Assembly: GCF_009914755.1 (NCBI RefSeq)
Contig: NC_060930.1
Strand: one strand, 5' to 3'
Length of the DNA: 64,000 nt
Origin: the human T2T-CHM13v2.0 reference genome, Homo sapiens
Positions within the stretch are counted from its first letter, which is position 1; each line of letters begins with the position of its first letter. The position numbers were made by a program, and so were the translations under genes. This document shows, one piece after another, positions 1-19,227 of the stretch. The notes below the pieces were generated by a model. That model saw nothing but the letters and a program-made list of their open reading frames with translations. It ran no database searches and was not told where the DNA came from.

Positions 1-3000
1 CCCAGCACCCACCCCAAACCAACACCACCTCCAATGCAACAGCTTACAAGTTCTCCAGCAGGTGTCCTCCACTCCCAACCCTCACACCAACTGCTTTGCC
101 TCTGACACTGTGGTGAAAGCCTGCAGGGAGGCAGGCACCCCAACATCCTCTAGCACTCAGCTGTAGGCTTCTGCACATTGGTCCTCCCAGTGCAGTAGAC
201 TCCCACTCTCAAGGAGCCAGAGAACAAAGTTGAGGCCCAAAACAAGTCCCCCAGAGTTAGTACATGCAGTCTAGGAGTTGGGATCTGAATGTTGGCCCAC
301 TAAAATTTTCCAGGAATGACGCCCGGTGACTGAACCCACCTTATATCACAATCAAACCCTCAAGGCCATCAAATAGAATAAAAGAAAAAAAAAATCCAAC
401 AGTTGGCAGCCTCAAAGATTGAAGGTAGATAAACCCACAAAGATGACAAAGAATCAGTGCAAGAACACTGAAAACTCAAAAAGTCAGAGTACCTTCTTTC
501 CTCTAAGTGACTGCATTGCTTCTTCAGCAAGGGTTCAGAAGCAGGCTGAGCTGAGATGGCTGAAATGACAGAAGTAGAGTTCAAAATATGGATAGAAGTG
601 AAGTTCACTGAGCTAAAGGCATATGTTGTAACCCAATGCAAGGAAGCTAAAAATCATGATAAAACATTGCAGGAGCTGACAGAATAGCAAGTATAGAGAA
701 TAATACAACTGACCTGTTGAGCTGAAAAACATACCACAAGAATTTCATAATGCAATCAAAAGTATTAATAATAGAGTACACCAAGTAGAGTAACAAAGCT
801 CAGAAGTTGAAGACTACCTTTCTGAAATAAAACAGGTAGATAAGAATAGAGAAAAAAGGAAGAAAAAGAATGAACTAAACCTCCTCTAAATATGGGATCA
901 TGTAAAGAGACTAAATCTATGACTGACTGGTATACCTGAAAGAAATGAGAAGACTGGCACCAACTTGGAAGAGACATATTTCAGGATATAATCCATGAGA
1001 ACTTCCCCAGCCTAGCTAGAGAGGCTGACATTCAAATTCAGGAAATCAAGAGAACTCCAATAAGATACTCTATGAGAAGATCATCCCCAATTCACATAAT
1101 CATCAGATTCTCCAAGGGCAAAAGAAACAAAAAATGTTAAGGGCAGCTAGAGAGAAAGGCCAGGTCACCAGCAAAGGGAAGCCCATCAGACTAACAGCAG
1201 ATCTCTCAGTTGAAATCATACAAACCAGAAGATAACTGGGGGTCAATATTTAACATTCTTAAAGAAAAGAAATTTCAACCCAGAATTTCATATCTGGCCA
1301 AACTAAACTTCATAAGCAAAGGAAAAATAACATCCTTTTCAGATAAGCAAATGTTGAGGAAATTCATTACCACCAGACCTCCCTTACAAGAGCTCCTGAA
1401 GGAAGCACTAAATATGGAGAGGAAAGATCGTTACCAGCCACCACAAAAACACACTGAAGTAAACAGACTAGTAACACTATAAAGCAACCACATAAGCAAG
1501 TCTGCAAAATAGCCAGCTAACATTATGATGACAGGATAAAATCCACACATATCATATCAACCTTAAATGTAAATGGGCTTAATGTACCAATTAAAAGACA
1601 CAAAGTGGTAAGTTGGCTAAAGGACCAAGACCCATCAATATGCTGTCTTCAAGAGACCCAAATCATGGCAATGACAGACATAGGCTCAAAATAAAAGGAT
1701 GGAGAAAAATCTACCAAGTATATAGAGAACAGAAAAAAAGTAGCGATTGCAATTCTAATTTCTGACAAAACAGATTTGAAACAGACAAATATCAAAAAAG
1801 ACAAAGAAGGGCATTACATAATGGTAAAGGTTTCAGTTCAACAAAGAAAAATCTCTAACTATTATAAATATATAAGCACCCAACACAGGAGCACCCATAT
1901 TCATAAAGCAAATTCTTAGACACCTTCAAAGAGACTTAGACTCCCAAACAATAATGGTGGGCAATTTTAACACCCCACAGACAATATTAGACAGATCACT
2001 GAGACAGAAAATTAGCAAAGATACTTAGGACCTAAAATCAGCACTGGATCAAATGGAACTGAATATCTATATATATATATATCTCCACCCCAATATGACA
2101 CACTATACATCCTTCTCATCACTTCTCATCACCACATGACATATACTCTAGAACTGATCACATATCAAAAGTAAAACACTCCTCACCAAATGTGAAAAAA
2201 CTGAAATAACAGTCTCTCAGATCACAGCGCAATCAAATTAGAAACCAAGGACTAAGAAATTCACTTAAAACCATGCAATTACATGGAAATTGAATAAACT
2301 GCTCCTGAATGACTTTTGGGTATGTAATGAAATTAAGGCAGAAATCAAGAAGTTCTTTGAAACTAATGAGAACAGAGATACAACATACTGGAATCTCTGA
2401 GACACAGCTAAGGAATTGTTAAGAGGGAGACTTATAGCAAAAAAGTTAATGCCCACATTTAAATGCCCACATCAACAAGTTACAAATATCTCAAGTTAAC
2501 AACCTAACATCACAACTAAAATACCTAGAGATCCAAGGGCAAACAAATCCAAAAGCTAGCAGAAGACAAGAAATAACCAAAATCGGAGCTGAACTTAAAA
2601 AGATAGAGACACCAAAACCCATTCAAAATATCAACAAATCCAGGAGCTGGGTTTTTTTTTATCTGAAAAAAATTGATAAAATAGATAGACTGTTAGCTAG
2701 ACTAATGTAGAACAGAGAAAATCCAAATAAACACAATCACAAATGAAGGAGGTATATTACCACTGACCCGATAGAAATACAAACAACCATCACAAAATAT
2801 TATAAACACCTCTATTCATATAAACTAGAGAATCTAGAAAAAAACAGATAAATTCCTGGACACATACACCCTCCCAAGATTGAACCAGGAAAAAACTGAA
2901 TCCCTGAACAACCAATAATGAGCTCTGAAATGGAAGCAGTAATAAATATCCTACCAACCAAGGCTCAAAACCAGAAGGTTTTACAGCTGAATTCTACCAG

Positions 3001-3881
3001 ATGTACAAAGAAGAGCTGATACCATTTCTACTGAAACTATTCCAAAAATTTAAGGATAAAGGACTTTTCCCTAACTCATTCTATGAGGCTAGCATCATCC
3101 TAATATCAAAACCTGGCAGAGATAAGAAAAAAAAAAAGAGAGAGAGAGAGAGAAAACTTCAAGCCAATATCTTTGATGAACATCACTGCAAAAGTCCTAA
3201 ACAAAACATGGACAAACCAATACCAGCAGCACATCAAAAATCTTATCCATTGAGATCAGGTAGGCTTTAATCCTGGGATGCAAGGTTGGATCAACACACG
3301 CAAATAAATAAATGTGATTCATCACATAAACAGAACTAAAGTTCAAAACCACACAACTATCTCAATAGATGCAGAAAAGGTTTTCAATAAAATTCAATAT
3401 CCCGTCATATTAAAAACTCTCAATAAACTAGGTATTAAAGGAACATACTTCAAAACAATAAGAGCCATGTATGACAAACCATATCAGACAACATCATACA
3501 GAGTGGGCAAAAGCCAGAAGCATTCCCCTTGAAAACCAGCACAAGACAAGAATGCCCTCTTTCACCATTCCTATTTAACATAGTATTGAAAGTTCTGGCC
3601 AGGGCCATCAGTGAACAGAAAAAAAAATAAAGTGCATTGAAATAGGAAGATAGGAAGTCAAACTATCCCTGTTTGCAGACAACATGATCCTATATCTAGA
3701 AAAACCCATAGTCTCAGCCCAAAAGCTTCCTAAGCTGATAAACAACTTCAGGAAATTTCAGGATATAAAATTAATGTGCAAAAATCACTAACATTGCTAT
3801 ACACGAACACCAATCAAGCCAAATCAGAGCCAAATCAGAAATGAACTCTCATTCACAATTGCCACAAAAAGAATAAAATAC
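1..3881 (+). mobile_element. Old primate L1 (L1PA11-16 age class), host element: part of 5'UTR, decayed ORF1, 5' part of ORF2
   Basis: ORF1 C-terminus 1210-1482 (FQPRISYLAKLNF..ITTRPPLQELLKEALNME); ORF2 fragments 3001-3532; many stops and frameshifts; interrupted at 3881 and resumes near 9872. Confidence 0.92.
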
Positions 3882-8316
<4,435 letters not shown>

Positions 8317-9109
8317 GAAAAAAACCTCATCATCACTGGCCATCAGAGAAATGCAGATTAAAACCACAATTAGATACCATCTCATGCCAGTTAAAATGGT
8401 GATCATTAAAAAGTCAGGAAACAACAGATGCTGGAGAGGATGTGGAGAAATAGGAATGCTTTTACACTGTTGTTGGGAGTGTAAATTAGTTCAACCATTG
8501 TGGAAGGCAGTATGGCGATTCCTCAAGGATCTAGAACTAGAGATACCATTTGACCTAGCAATCCTATTACTGGGTATATACCCAAAAGATTATAAATCAT
8601 TCTACTATAAAGACACATGCACACATATGTTTATTGCAGCACTGTTCACAATAGCAAAGACTTGGAACCAACCCAAATGCCCATCAATGATAGACTGAAT
8701 AAAGAAAATGTGGCACATATACACCATGGAATACTATGCAGCCATGAAAAAGGATGAGTTCATGTCCTTTGCAGGGACATGGATGAAGCTGGAAACCATC
8801 ATTCTCAGCAAACTGTCGCAAAGACAGAAAACCAAACACCGCGTGTTCTCGCTCATAAGTGGGAACTGAACAATGAGAACACATGGACACCAGAAGGGGA
8901 ACATCACACACCGGGGCCTGTTGTGGGGTGGGGGTAGGGGGGAGGGATAGCATTTGGAGATATACGTAATGTTAAATGACGATTTACTGGGTGCAGCACA
9001 CCGACATGGCACATGTATACATATGTAACTTACCTGCATGTTGTGCACATGTACTCTAAAACTTAAAGTATAATAAAAAATGAAATAAAATAAAATGAAA
9101 TTAAAAAAA

Positions 9110-9871
9110 GAAAAAAACCTCATCATCACTGGCCATCAGAGAAATGCAGATTAAAACCACAATTAGATACCATCTCATGCCAGTTAAAATGGTGATCATT
9201 AAAAAGTCAGGAAACAACAGATGCTGGAGAGGATGTGGAGAAATAGGAATGCTTTTACACTGTTGTTGGGAGTGTAAATTAGTTCAACCATTGTGGAAGG
9301 CAGTATGGCGATTCCTCAAGGATCTAGAACTAGAGATACCATTTGACCTAGCAATCCTATTACTGGGTATATACCCAAAAGATTATAAATCATTCTACTA
9401 TAAAGACACATGCACACATATGTTTATTGCAGCACTGTTCACAATAGCAAAGACTTGGAACCAACCCAAATGCCCATCAATGATAGACTGAATAAAGAAA
9501 ATGTGGCACATATACACCATGGAATACTATGCAGCCATGAAAAAGGATGAGTTCATGTCCTTTGCAGGGACATGGATGAAGCTGGAAACCATCATTCTCA
9601 GCAAACTAACACAAGAACTGAACACCAAACACCACATGTTCTCAATCATAAGTGGCAGTTGAACAATGAGAACACATGGTCACCGTAAGAGGACCATCAC
9701 ACACTGGGACCTGTCAGGGGTGGGGGGCTAGGGGAGGGATAGCATTAGGAGTAATACCTAATGTAAATGACGGGTTGATGGGTGCAGTAACCCACCATGG
9801 CACATGTATACAAATGTAATAAACCTGCATGTTCTGCATATGTACCCCAGAACTTACATATATATATATAT
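9110..9871 (+). mobile_element. 3' end of the second (L1PA7-like) element
   Basis: Continues the ORF2 register broken at 6513; 3'UTR ggggggctaggggagggatagcattagg...gacgggttgatgggtgcag; tail decayed to (TA)n. Confidence 0.88.
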
Positions 9872-11230
9872 AAAATAAAATACTTAGGAATACATCTAAC
9901 TAGAGAGGTGAAAAATCTCTACAAAGAGAACAACAAACCACTACTCAAAGAAATCAGAGATGAGAAAAACAAGTGAAAAATATTTCATGCTCATGGATAT
10001 GAAGAATCAATACATTCAATGCTATGCCTATTAAACTGCCATTGACATTGTTCATGGAACTAGAAAAAAGTATTTGAAAATTCATATGGAACCAAATAGA
10101 GTTTGAATAACCAAGGCAGTCCTAAGTCAATTGAGTAAAGCTAGAGGCATCATGCTACCAGACTTCAAACTATATTACAGGGTTCCAGTAACCTAAACAA
10201 TATGCTACGGGTATAAAAACAGATACATGGACCACTGGAACAGAATAGAGAACCCAGAAATAAGACTGCACACCTACAATGATCTGATCTTCAACAAACC
10301 TGACAAAAACAAGCAATGGGGAAAGGATTCTCTATTCAATAAATGGTGCTAGAATAACTGGTGAGCCATATGCAGAAGATAAAAACTGGACCCTTCTTTT
10401 AGCAATATACAAAAATTAACTCAAGATGGATTACAGACTTAAATTTAAAGCCCCAAACTATAAAAGCCCTGAAAGACAACATTTGCAATAACATTTCAGG
10501 ACATATACAGGCAAAGGTTTCATGAAGACAATGTGAAAAGCAATTGCAACAAAAGCAAAAATTGACAAATGGAATGTAATTAAACTACAGAGGCTCTGCA
10601 CAGCAAAAGAAACTTTTGACAGAGTAAACATAAAACCTACAGAATAGGAGAAAACTTTTGCAAACTGCACATTGAACAAAGCTCTAATAACCAGCATTCA
10701 TAACCTAAACAAATTTACAACAAAAATATCCCACAAAAAAGTGGGCAAAGGACATGAACAGACGTTTTTAAAAGAAGACATACATGCAGCCAACAATCAT
10801 GTGAAACAAAGCTCAACATCATTGATCATTACAGAAATGTTCATCAAAACCACAATGGGGTACTGTTTCACACCATTCAAAATGGCTATTACTAAAAAGT
10901 CAGCAACAACAACAAAAAGCAAAACAAAACAAAAACAAATGCTGGCAAGGTTGTGGACACAAAAAAACACTTATACACTGTTGGTGAGATTGTGACTTAG
11001 CTCACGCATTGTGGAGAACAGTGTGGCAATTCCTCAAAGACGTAAAGACAGAAATATCATCCGACCCAGCAATCTAATTACTGGGTATATACCCAAAGGA
11101 ATATAAATCTTTCTATTATAAAGACACCTGCAAGCATATGTTCATTGCAACACTATTCACAATAGCAAAGACATGGAATCAACCTAAATACCTGTCAATG
11201 ACAGACTGGATAAAGAAAATATGATATATA
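9872..11230 (+). mobile_element. Host L1 resumed (3' ORF2); 3'UTR missing
   Basis: aataaaatacttaggaatacatctaac continues from 3881; ends at gataaagaaaatatgatata in TA-rich DNA. Confidence 0.85.
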
Positions 11231-11272
11231 ATATATGTATATCATTATATATGTTGTAATTTATATAACATA

Positions 11273-11743
11273 AAATACCATTTGCCCCAGCAATCCCCAC
11301 TACTGGGTATCTACCTAGAAGAAAGTAAGTCATAATATGAAAAAGACACTTGCACATGCATGTTTATAGCAGCACAATTCACAATTAAAAAAATATGGAA
11401 CCAGCCCACATTCCCATCAACCAGGGAGTGGATAAAGAAAATATGATTATATAATATATATTGTATATATAAATTATATATTATATATCCCATTTATATA
11501 TGATATATATGTGATATATATCACATATTATTGATTGTGATTTTGTAATTGCTGATACATATATCACATTTTCTTTATCCACTCCCTGGTTGATGGGAAT
11601 TTGGGCTGGATCCGTATTTTTGCAATTGTGTGAATTGTGCTGCTATAAATAAACATGCATGCGCAAGTGTCTTTTTCATATTATGACTTATTTTCCCCTA
11701 GGTAGATACCCAGTAATGGGGATTGCTGGGTCAAATGGTATTT
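11273..11743. repeat. Inverted repeat with ~175-180-bp arms (11273-11447 / 11563-11743) and a ~115-bp TA-rich spacer
   Basis: Arms are reverse complements; 33-bp perfect core at 11410-11442 and 11568-11600. Confidence 0.9.
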
Positions 11744-12772
11744 CTACTTTTATTTCTTCAAGGAATCTTCATAATGTTTTCCACAGTGGTTGTACTAGTT
11801 TAAATTTCCACCAGCAGTGTAAAAATGCTCTCTTCTCACATTTACTCCAATATCTATCATTTTTTTATTTTTAAATTATGGCCATTCTTGCAGAAGTAAA
11901 GTGGTATCACAATGTAGTTTTGACTGGCATTTTCCTAATATTTACTGACATTGAGCATTTTTTCATATGTGTTGACCATTTGTGTATCTTCTTTTAAGAA
12001 ATGTCTATTCATGTCCTTATTCACTCTTTGATGGGATTTTTTTTCTTGATAATTTGTTTGAGTTCTTTGTAGATTTTGGATATTAATCTTTTGTTGGATG
12101 CATAGATTTTCTTGCACTCTGTGGGTTGCCTGTTAACTCTGCTGATTATTCCTTTTGCTGTGCAGAAGCTTTTAGTTTAATCAAGTCCCATCTATTTATC
12201 TTCGTTACAATTGCTTTTGGGTTTTTGGTCATGAACTCTTTGCCTAAGCCAATGTCTAGAAGAGTTTTTACAACGTTATCTTCTAGAATTGTTATCATTT
12301 CAGGACTTAGATTTATGTCTTTGATCCATCACGAGTTGATTTTTGTATAAAGTGAGAAATGAGGATTCGGTTTCATTCTTCTACATGTGGCTAGCCAATT
12401 ATCCCAGCATCATTTGTTGAATAGGGTGTCCTTTCCTCACTTTATGTTTTTGTTTGCTTTGTCAAAGATCAGTTGGCTGTAAGAACTTGGCTTTATTTCT
12501 GCGTTATCCATTCTGTTTCATTGGTCTCTGTGCCTGTTTGTAATACCAGTACCATGCCTTTTTGGTAACTATAGCCTTATATTACAGTTTGAAGTCAGGT
12601 AATATGATGCCTCGAGATTTGTTATTTTGCTTAGTCTTGCTTTGATTATGCGCGCTCTTTTTCAGTTCTATATGAATTTTAGGATTTTTTTTCTAGTTCT
12701 GTGAGGAATGATGATGGTATTGTACGGGAATTGCATTGAATTTATAGATTGCTTTTGGCAATAAGGTCATTT
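11563..12772 (-). mobile_element. L1PB-like ORF2 3' fragment
   Basis: Minus-strand L1 ORF2 with L1PB-type ggtatctaccc..gaaaagaagtca..aaagacacttgc segment. Confidence 0.8.
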
Positions 12773-12789
12773 TATGTCAGTTTTTTCTT

Positions 12790-13566
12790 CATAAATTTTG
12801 AAGCTCCGTGTTTTGCACAAATTTATGATTATTTCTCTTCATACGGTATTAATTCTTTATTAATTATATAATATCCTTTTTTAATAATTTTATTTCCCCT
12901 GAAATCTACTTTATCAAATATTAATATAGACAATTGTGCTTTTCTTTTCATTAATATTTGCATGACACACCTTTTTCCATCCTTTCACTTTTGGCTTATC
13001 TATATCATTAAATTTAAAGAATTTCTTATAAACAACATATAGGTGAGTATTTTTTAGCCAACACTATGCATACCTGTCTTCTAATCAGTGTATTTAGACC
13101 ATTTACATTAAAGATAATTGTTGATCTTCTGAATCATAATTTTGCAATTTTATTATTTGCTTTTTGTTTGTTTCTCTTTCTTGTCTTTCTTTGGGCTACT
13201 CAAACATTTTCTAGAATCCGATCTTAACTAATTTATAGTGCTTTTGAGTTTATCTCTTTGTATTGTCTTTGTAGTTGTTGATTTTTAGTAACACATTATA
13301 TACATGTAGCTTATCAAAGTCTACTGGAGTTTTTACAATTTCAAGTGAAATATGAAAATCTTACTTACATTTAGTCACTTTATCTTCCCTTAACACCATC
13401 AGATGGTATTATAGTTTATTTCAATCATCAAATATAATTTATATAACTCATTAGAAGCTTATGCTGTCTTTATTTCTGCTGTTTCCACTGTTCTTTCTCC
13501 ATCTGCTGATGCTCTAAGGTTTTTATTTTTATTTTTTCATTTCCTTTTTTTTTTTTGAAGGAATTT

Positions 13567-13568
<2 letters not shown>
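12790..13568 (-). mobile_element. Ancient L1M fragment (5' ORF2 region)
   Basis: Degenerate antisense L1 motifs (gaaatctactttatc, tttagaccatttacatt). Confidence 0.55.
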
Positions 13569-13601
<33 letters not shown>

Positions 13602-13880
13602 AGATGGAGTCTCGCTCTGTCACCCAGGCTGGAGTGCAGTGGCACGATCTCACTGCAACCTCCGCCTCCCGGGCTCAAGCAATTCTCCTGCCTCAACTTC
13701 CCGAGTAGCTGGGACTACAGGCGTGCGCCACCACACCACACCCGGCTAATATTTGTATTTTTAGTAGAGACCAGGTTTCACCATATTGGTCAAGCTGATC
13801 TTGAACTCCTGACCTCGTGATCTGCCCGCCTGGGCCTCCCAAATTGCTGGGATTACAGGTGTGAGCCACCACGCCTGGCC
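13569..13880 (-). mobile_element. AluS (Sg/Sc-like)
   Basis: Poly-T of about 32 nt, dimeric body, ctgacctcgtgatc diagnostic; no TSD found. Confidence 0.93.
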
Positions 13881-14379
13881 TAATATGCATTTCTATGATT
13901 TTAAGTGAATCATTAGGAATTCTGTATATCTAACCTGTGTATACCTAAACTGTGTTAAAGCTACCTACATTAAAAATTAATTGGGAAATTTCTAAATAGG
14001 AACAATCCTAGGCTTTCAAAATCAGATTTCTGAGAACAGAGTCAGAGAACCCGTATTCAATATAAACACAAATTCAAGTCTTGACAGAAGTAATAAAAAT
14101 AATATAATAAAAATATACCTTTTTACAAATGAGCAAATAATATTTAAGTATTTTGTAGGTCGATCACATTATGTGTAAAATCTAAAACCTTGCCTTACTT
14201 CCAAAAGGTCTTCATCTCTTTCAGAAGATTAATCTCCTTCAGAAGATTAAATGGTCACCTGTGCTATTTAGTCAAAAGAATCTAATTTAAAAATTCTATC
14301 ATTTGTATGAAGAAAACTACACTGAAGCTTATGGAAAACTTAATATTTGAAAATAATATTTTTACAAGTTAAAAAGTGG

Positions 14380-14625
14380 TAGATATTTGTAGGATGAGCA
14401 AGCCATAAGATCTACTGTACAACATGAGGACTATTGTAATCAGGATTTTTGCTAAATTAGTAGATTATAGCTGTTCTAGCCACAAGGGGAGAAATGGGTA
14501 ACTATGTGAGATGTTGGAAATGTTTGTTTCACTATTTCATTTTACTATATATATGCACGTGGGGTGTGGTATCTTATAACATCATATTGAATACCTTCAA
14601 TATGCTCAATAAAATTTATTTCTGG
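14380..14625 (+). mobile_element. L1MA-type 3' end fragment
   Basis: gatctactgtacaacatgaggactat..ggtaactatgtgagatg..aataaaattta resembles recalled L1MA 3'UTR. Confidence 0.6.
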
Positions 14626-17600
14626 AAAAGTAATTATGTATATACCCTAAAAGAGAGAAAAGGTTTTGTTCACAATACTTTATCTCTTTGAAGAATTACT
14701 GAACAAAACACATGGTAGGATGGGGACAGTGGTGCTGTAGTTAGGATGACTAAAGCAGAGTTGACCTAGTCTGCCCTAGGATGTTTTATTGGTGAGTCAT
14801 CCAACTCATCAGGGAAAGGCATTGTCCTGATACTACTGTGTGGGCGGATGGACTCCAATATAGCAGTTGTGCTTTTTCAATTTTGAAGTTTAGTCACCTG
14901 TTCATGGGTAACCTAGTATCCATAGGTTGTCTCAGATTTTCTTTATGTCACCAAGATCCAAAGCTTGGTCCTTTTGTTGGCTTTCATAATAAAAGTCTAC
15001 ACACACAGAAACATTTAGTGAAATTTGGACTATGTTAAACATTAAGAGGTCCTTGGGATAGCAAAGCAGACAATCTTTTGCAAAAGCTGCCTTACTTCCC
15101 TTTCCTTCTTCTCTCTCAGTTAACAGAACTTGGATATTTTTGTAATATATCTTCTACTTTAAATGAATTTATCAAGAAATTTATTGTAAATGCAGATAAT
15201 TCCATCTATAAAAGGATATCTGAAGAAATATCTTTTCCCCATGAGAGAATGAAAGTTCTCATCAGGTATGAATTTTTGCTTGCTTTTGCATTACTCCTAG
15301 CAAGAGGGGGGGTGGGGATGTGATAGACTGAGTCACATCCGTATCAACCCCAGATCCTTAAATGAGGCTAATGTTGCTGGTCCCTACCTGGCTGCTTGGT
15401 CTTGCTTTCTATGATTAATTGGAGTTTTTCCTTTTCACTCATCTTAAGAAGTAACTACAAATATTTAATATTGTTTTCTTGGTCTGATACAAGTTCTTCG
15501 TTTCTGGGAACATGGAATACCCTACTTCCTCAATTGGGAGTGCTGTGTCTCTTCACAAATTGCCCTGTGAATTTTTTTTAGAACTGGGGATTTTTGTTTG
15601 TTTGTTTTCCAATCTATAGTTTCAGCCACTGGAATAGGGTGAGTGAAATGATGTAATTCAAGGATGTGCACTGTTCTAGTCGGTGCTCTAGATATGTCAC
15701 CTTCCAAGAGCTACAGCATCTATACATCTTATAAGCATCATAAGCAGCTGAAATCAAGCGAAAATGAGAAAGGGAAATGAGAGGATGAGAGAACTCAGTA
15801 GAGAGGATGTTGGCAGCAGCCATTCATGGATCATTTATAAAGGCAATGTTCAGAGGCAGAGAACTGTCTAATTTTTTAAAACTACAGTAAGATTTGTTTG
15901 CAAGTGTTTTCTATTATCATAAAATCTATCCTGCTGCACAGCAGATAGAATTTGATTTTTGCTCCCTGAAAATAATCACTTGACATGTAATATAAGTCTT
16001 TGCACTTTAAAAATTGTTTTACCACTTGTCTCCAGGATGGTTATTTTACAATCCAATATAAATGTAATAATCTGAATAAGAATGTATGAGGCTCTGACAA
16101 TTTTAGAAACAAGAACTCATAGGGTATCATTTCCCTAATATTAATGTGGTAACTCTTTTAGTATTGAAGGTAACAAATCTTTAGTAATAAAGAAATATAA
16201 GGCCTCTCATTTTTGTTTGCCAAGCGGCATTTCATGAGAATTCTTGCCTGTGTCATTAGCCATGGAGGAAATATTAGTTTTACAATGGAAATACTGTACA
16301 GCAAACCTTCAATCACCGGATTGTCTACATAAGTAACATCAACGTGGATTTCCATCCAATAATTCACACTCTTTCAGCTCCACTGAACTGCAGTAGAAAT
16401 GGATGTTGTATATAGGCCTTATCCAAATAAACTCATAAATTATAAAGAGTAATCTCCAACCACGATTCATGCCATGCCCTTTTTCTCCCTCCTCATGTCA
16501 GAGATGTTGCTGCTGCCTTTGTCATGATAAATGCTGAAAACAAAGCAATAACTCACACATGAACTCCAGTTTTCAGAAAGTAGGTAAGTTCAGAAATAGC
16601 AGCTGGAAAGTAGTAGAACCTGAAAAAATAATTTGAACCATTGAACCATGTAACAGATTCAAAGGTAGGGGCAGACTTCTCTATGTGCTTAAATCCAAAT
16701 ATTCCTATTCCACTGGTTAGGCTCAGGGGAAATCTATCTTCCTCTGAAAATGCATTAAAATGTATACTTCACTTTGATATCCAGAAAAGTCCAAACAATA
16801 AAATAATTAAAGGGGTACATAAATATAATATTTCTTAGTCATCACCCTCCAACAACAGTTGTGCTAGTAAAATTATTAGAACAATATAAAATGCTAAACA
16901 AATGGAATATTTAGCTTTCAGGAGATGAGAAAGAAATGCATGCATGTAGTTAGGATAAACTTTATTTATGAAAACAAGTGTCCAGCCCACTTTGTGAAAC
17001 AATTGTCAGATTAGTTTGCCAATATGATTCCTTCAAATAATAATATCACAATAACTATTATTTATTTGGTTACTAAGTTTTCTGGTGAGCTCCTAAATTT
17101 TGTGTCTTATTTGCCTCACCCTAGTCATGGTCTTGAGTGCCAAAGATGAGTTGTACATATTTTGAATTCTTTTCAGTGGCCTGTCTTGCATTCAGGATGC
17201 TGAAAATACCCTTTTCCATTGTTTTCTCTCCTTTATGCAACAGGGCTCCTTGACCATGACAAACCAAGTTACGTGGTATTAGCTAGGGACTGAGTTACTT
17301 CAATATCCTGTATTTTGTTACTATCATTTTAATAGCATGTTTCTAGGATAATGTGTTTTAAGCTCCAAGTAGTCAAGCAATTATTTTTAAGAGTTTTGTT
17401 TGGAGAATGGGAGAAGAAGGGGTTGATATTTACACATTCACACACATGAACACACACATATTCTTCTAGGAGTCTTCCTTTAGGACTTTAGGAACCAAGG
17501 GCAGTTGTCTTTTGGAGAGATATTCAGGTTGTCTTGAGGAATGCATGATTTACTGGTAGAATTTCCTGAAAGTCATACAGGTCTCTTATGACCACCGAAA

Positions 17601-17824
17601 GTTCCAGATCACCATGTTTTGGGGAGGGAAGCAAGTTAATGTCTAGTTCCACAGAGAAAACACAGTCCCTGGAGTGTATATGGTATATACAAAATGGTAT
17701 TGACAATTGTGCAGGAGTACCAAGCATGGCCTAATATAACCAGGGGAAGTTGACAATGCCTCCAGTGTGGTTCTCCAAACAGATGGTCAACCTCACAACT
17801 CCCATTTCAGTTAAAATGTTTGAG

Positions 17825-18127
17825 TGTAGTCCCTGGTTTTGGAATGACTCCCTGGGGGCTTTCATTCAGCCTTTCTTATTATTTCCATTGAGAGCTAGGA
17901 TTTATGTCCCTTCCCTTGAAACTGGGTAGGCTTCTGTTTCAACCAACAGAGTGTGATGGAAGGGAGCCAGTGATTTCCAAGGCTAGGTCATAAAAAGCGA
18001 CTCAACTTCTGCCTTTCTTGCTGGTACACTTTCATTTCTACTACCTTCAGCTGCCATGCTAGCAATCTGATTGCCCGGAGACCACATAGAGAGAGATGAC
18101 CTGGGGAAGCTCTGAGACCCATGGATC

Positions 18128-18164
<37 letters not shown>

Positions 18165-18378
18165 AGTCCTCAACTATTCCATCTCCACTGGTACAGCTCC
18201 AGTCACAGCTGACTGCAGCCAAATGAGGGACTCTGGGCCAGAATCATCAAGCTGAAAATTTCCAGAATTTTTGTCCCAATGAAAGTATAAAAGAAAATAA
18301 AATTATTGCTTCAATTTTAAGTTTAAATTTAACTAAATTTTGGGGTGATTCATTTCCAAGAAATGAATTACCAGAATT
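17825..18378 (+). mobile_element. MLT1-family MaLR LTR containing (GA)n at 18130-18161
   Basis: ttcccttgaaactggg, ttccaaggctaggtcataaaaag, aaattttggggtgatt motifs. Confidence 0.65.
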
Positions 18379-18903
18379 TTGAGTTTTCACTGTGTGAGGC
18401 TAGCCCCACAAGATGGCCAAATATCTACTGTCTTTTTATTTCCTTACAGTTTGTCTACTCAGGTGAATAGAAACAGTTTGTACCAGATCTGGAAAATGGA
18501 GGAAAAAAATAACTGGCAATCATTAGCTCATTTCAAAGGACTTTTCTTTCTCTGAAATTTTAACTCATTAAGTCCTTGTTGCTTCAGTCTCCGCTGTCTT
18601 TACAAACACATTTTTTTTGCAATTTATTTTCTTTTCCAGTTACTGTAGTAAAATTCTTGGTCTGCCGAGACCAAATCCATCCTACTCATACCCCCGTTTA
18701 AAGGTTAATTCTGCCTGTACTTCCCATACTCATTTCCAGCTTAGTTTTTTCATCATCTGTCACTATTCAGAACAAAGCATACTTCACACAGACACACACA
18801 CACAGACACACACACACACACAAAATATACATTTTTTTCACTTTGTTGTAGTACCTAGAAAATTGATTAATAAAGACTCTAACATATTCTTACTCCAAAA
18901 TAA

Positions 18904-19227
<324 letters not shown>

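Noticed and set aside
14700-17400. Repeat-poor region with TGAGTCA (AP-1) sites at about 14793 and 15329; possible enhancer or exons
   Set aside because: 7-mers occur at chance frequency; no convincing exon; conservation data needed
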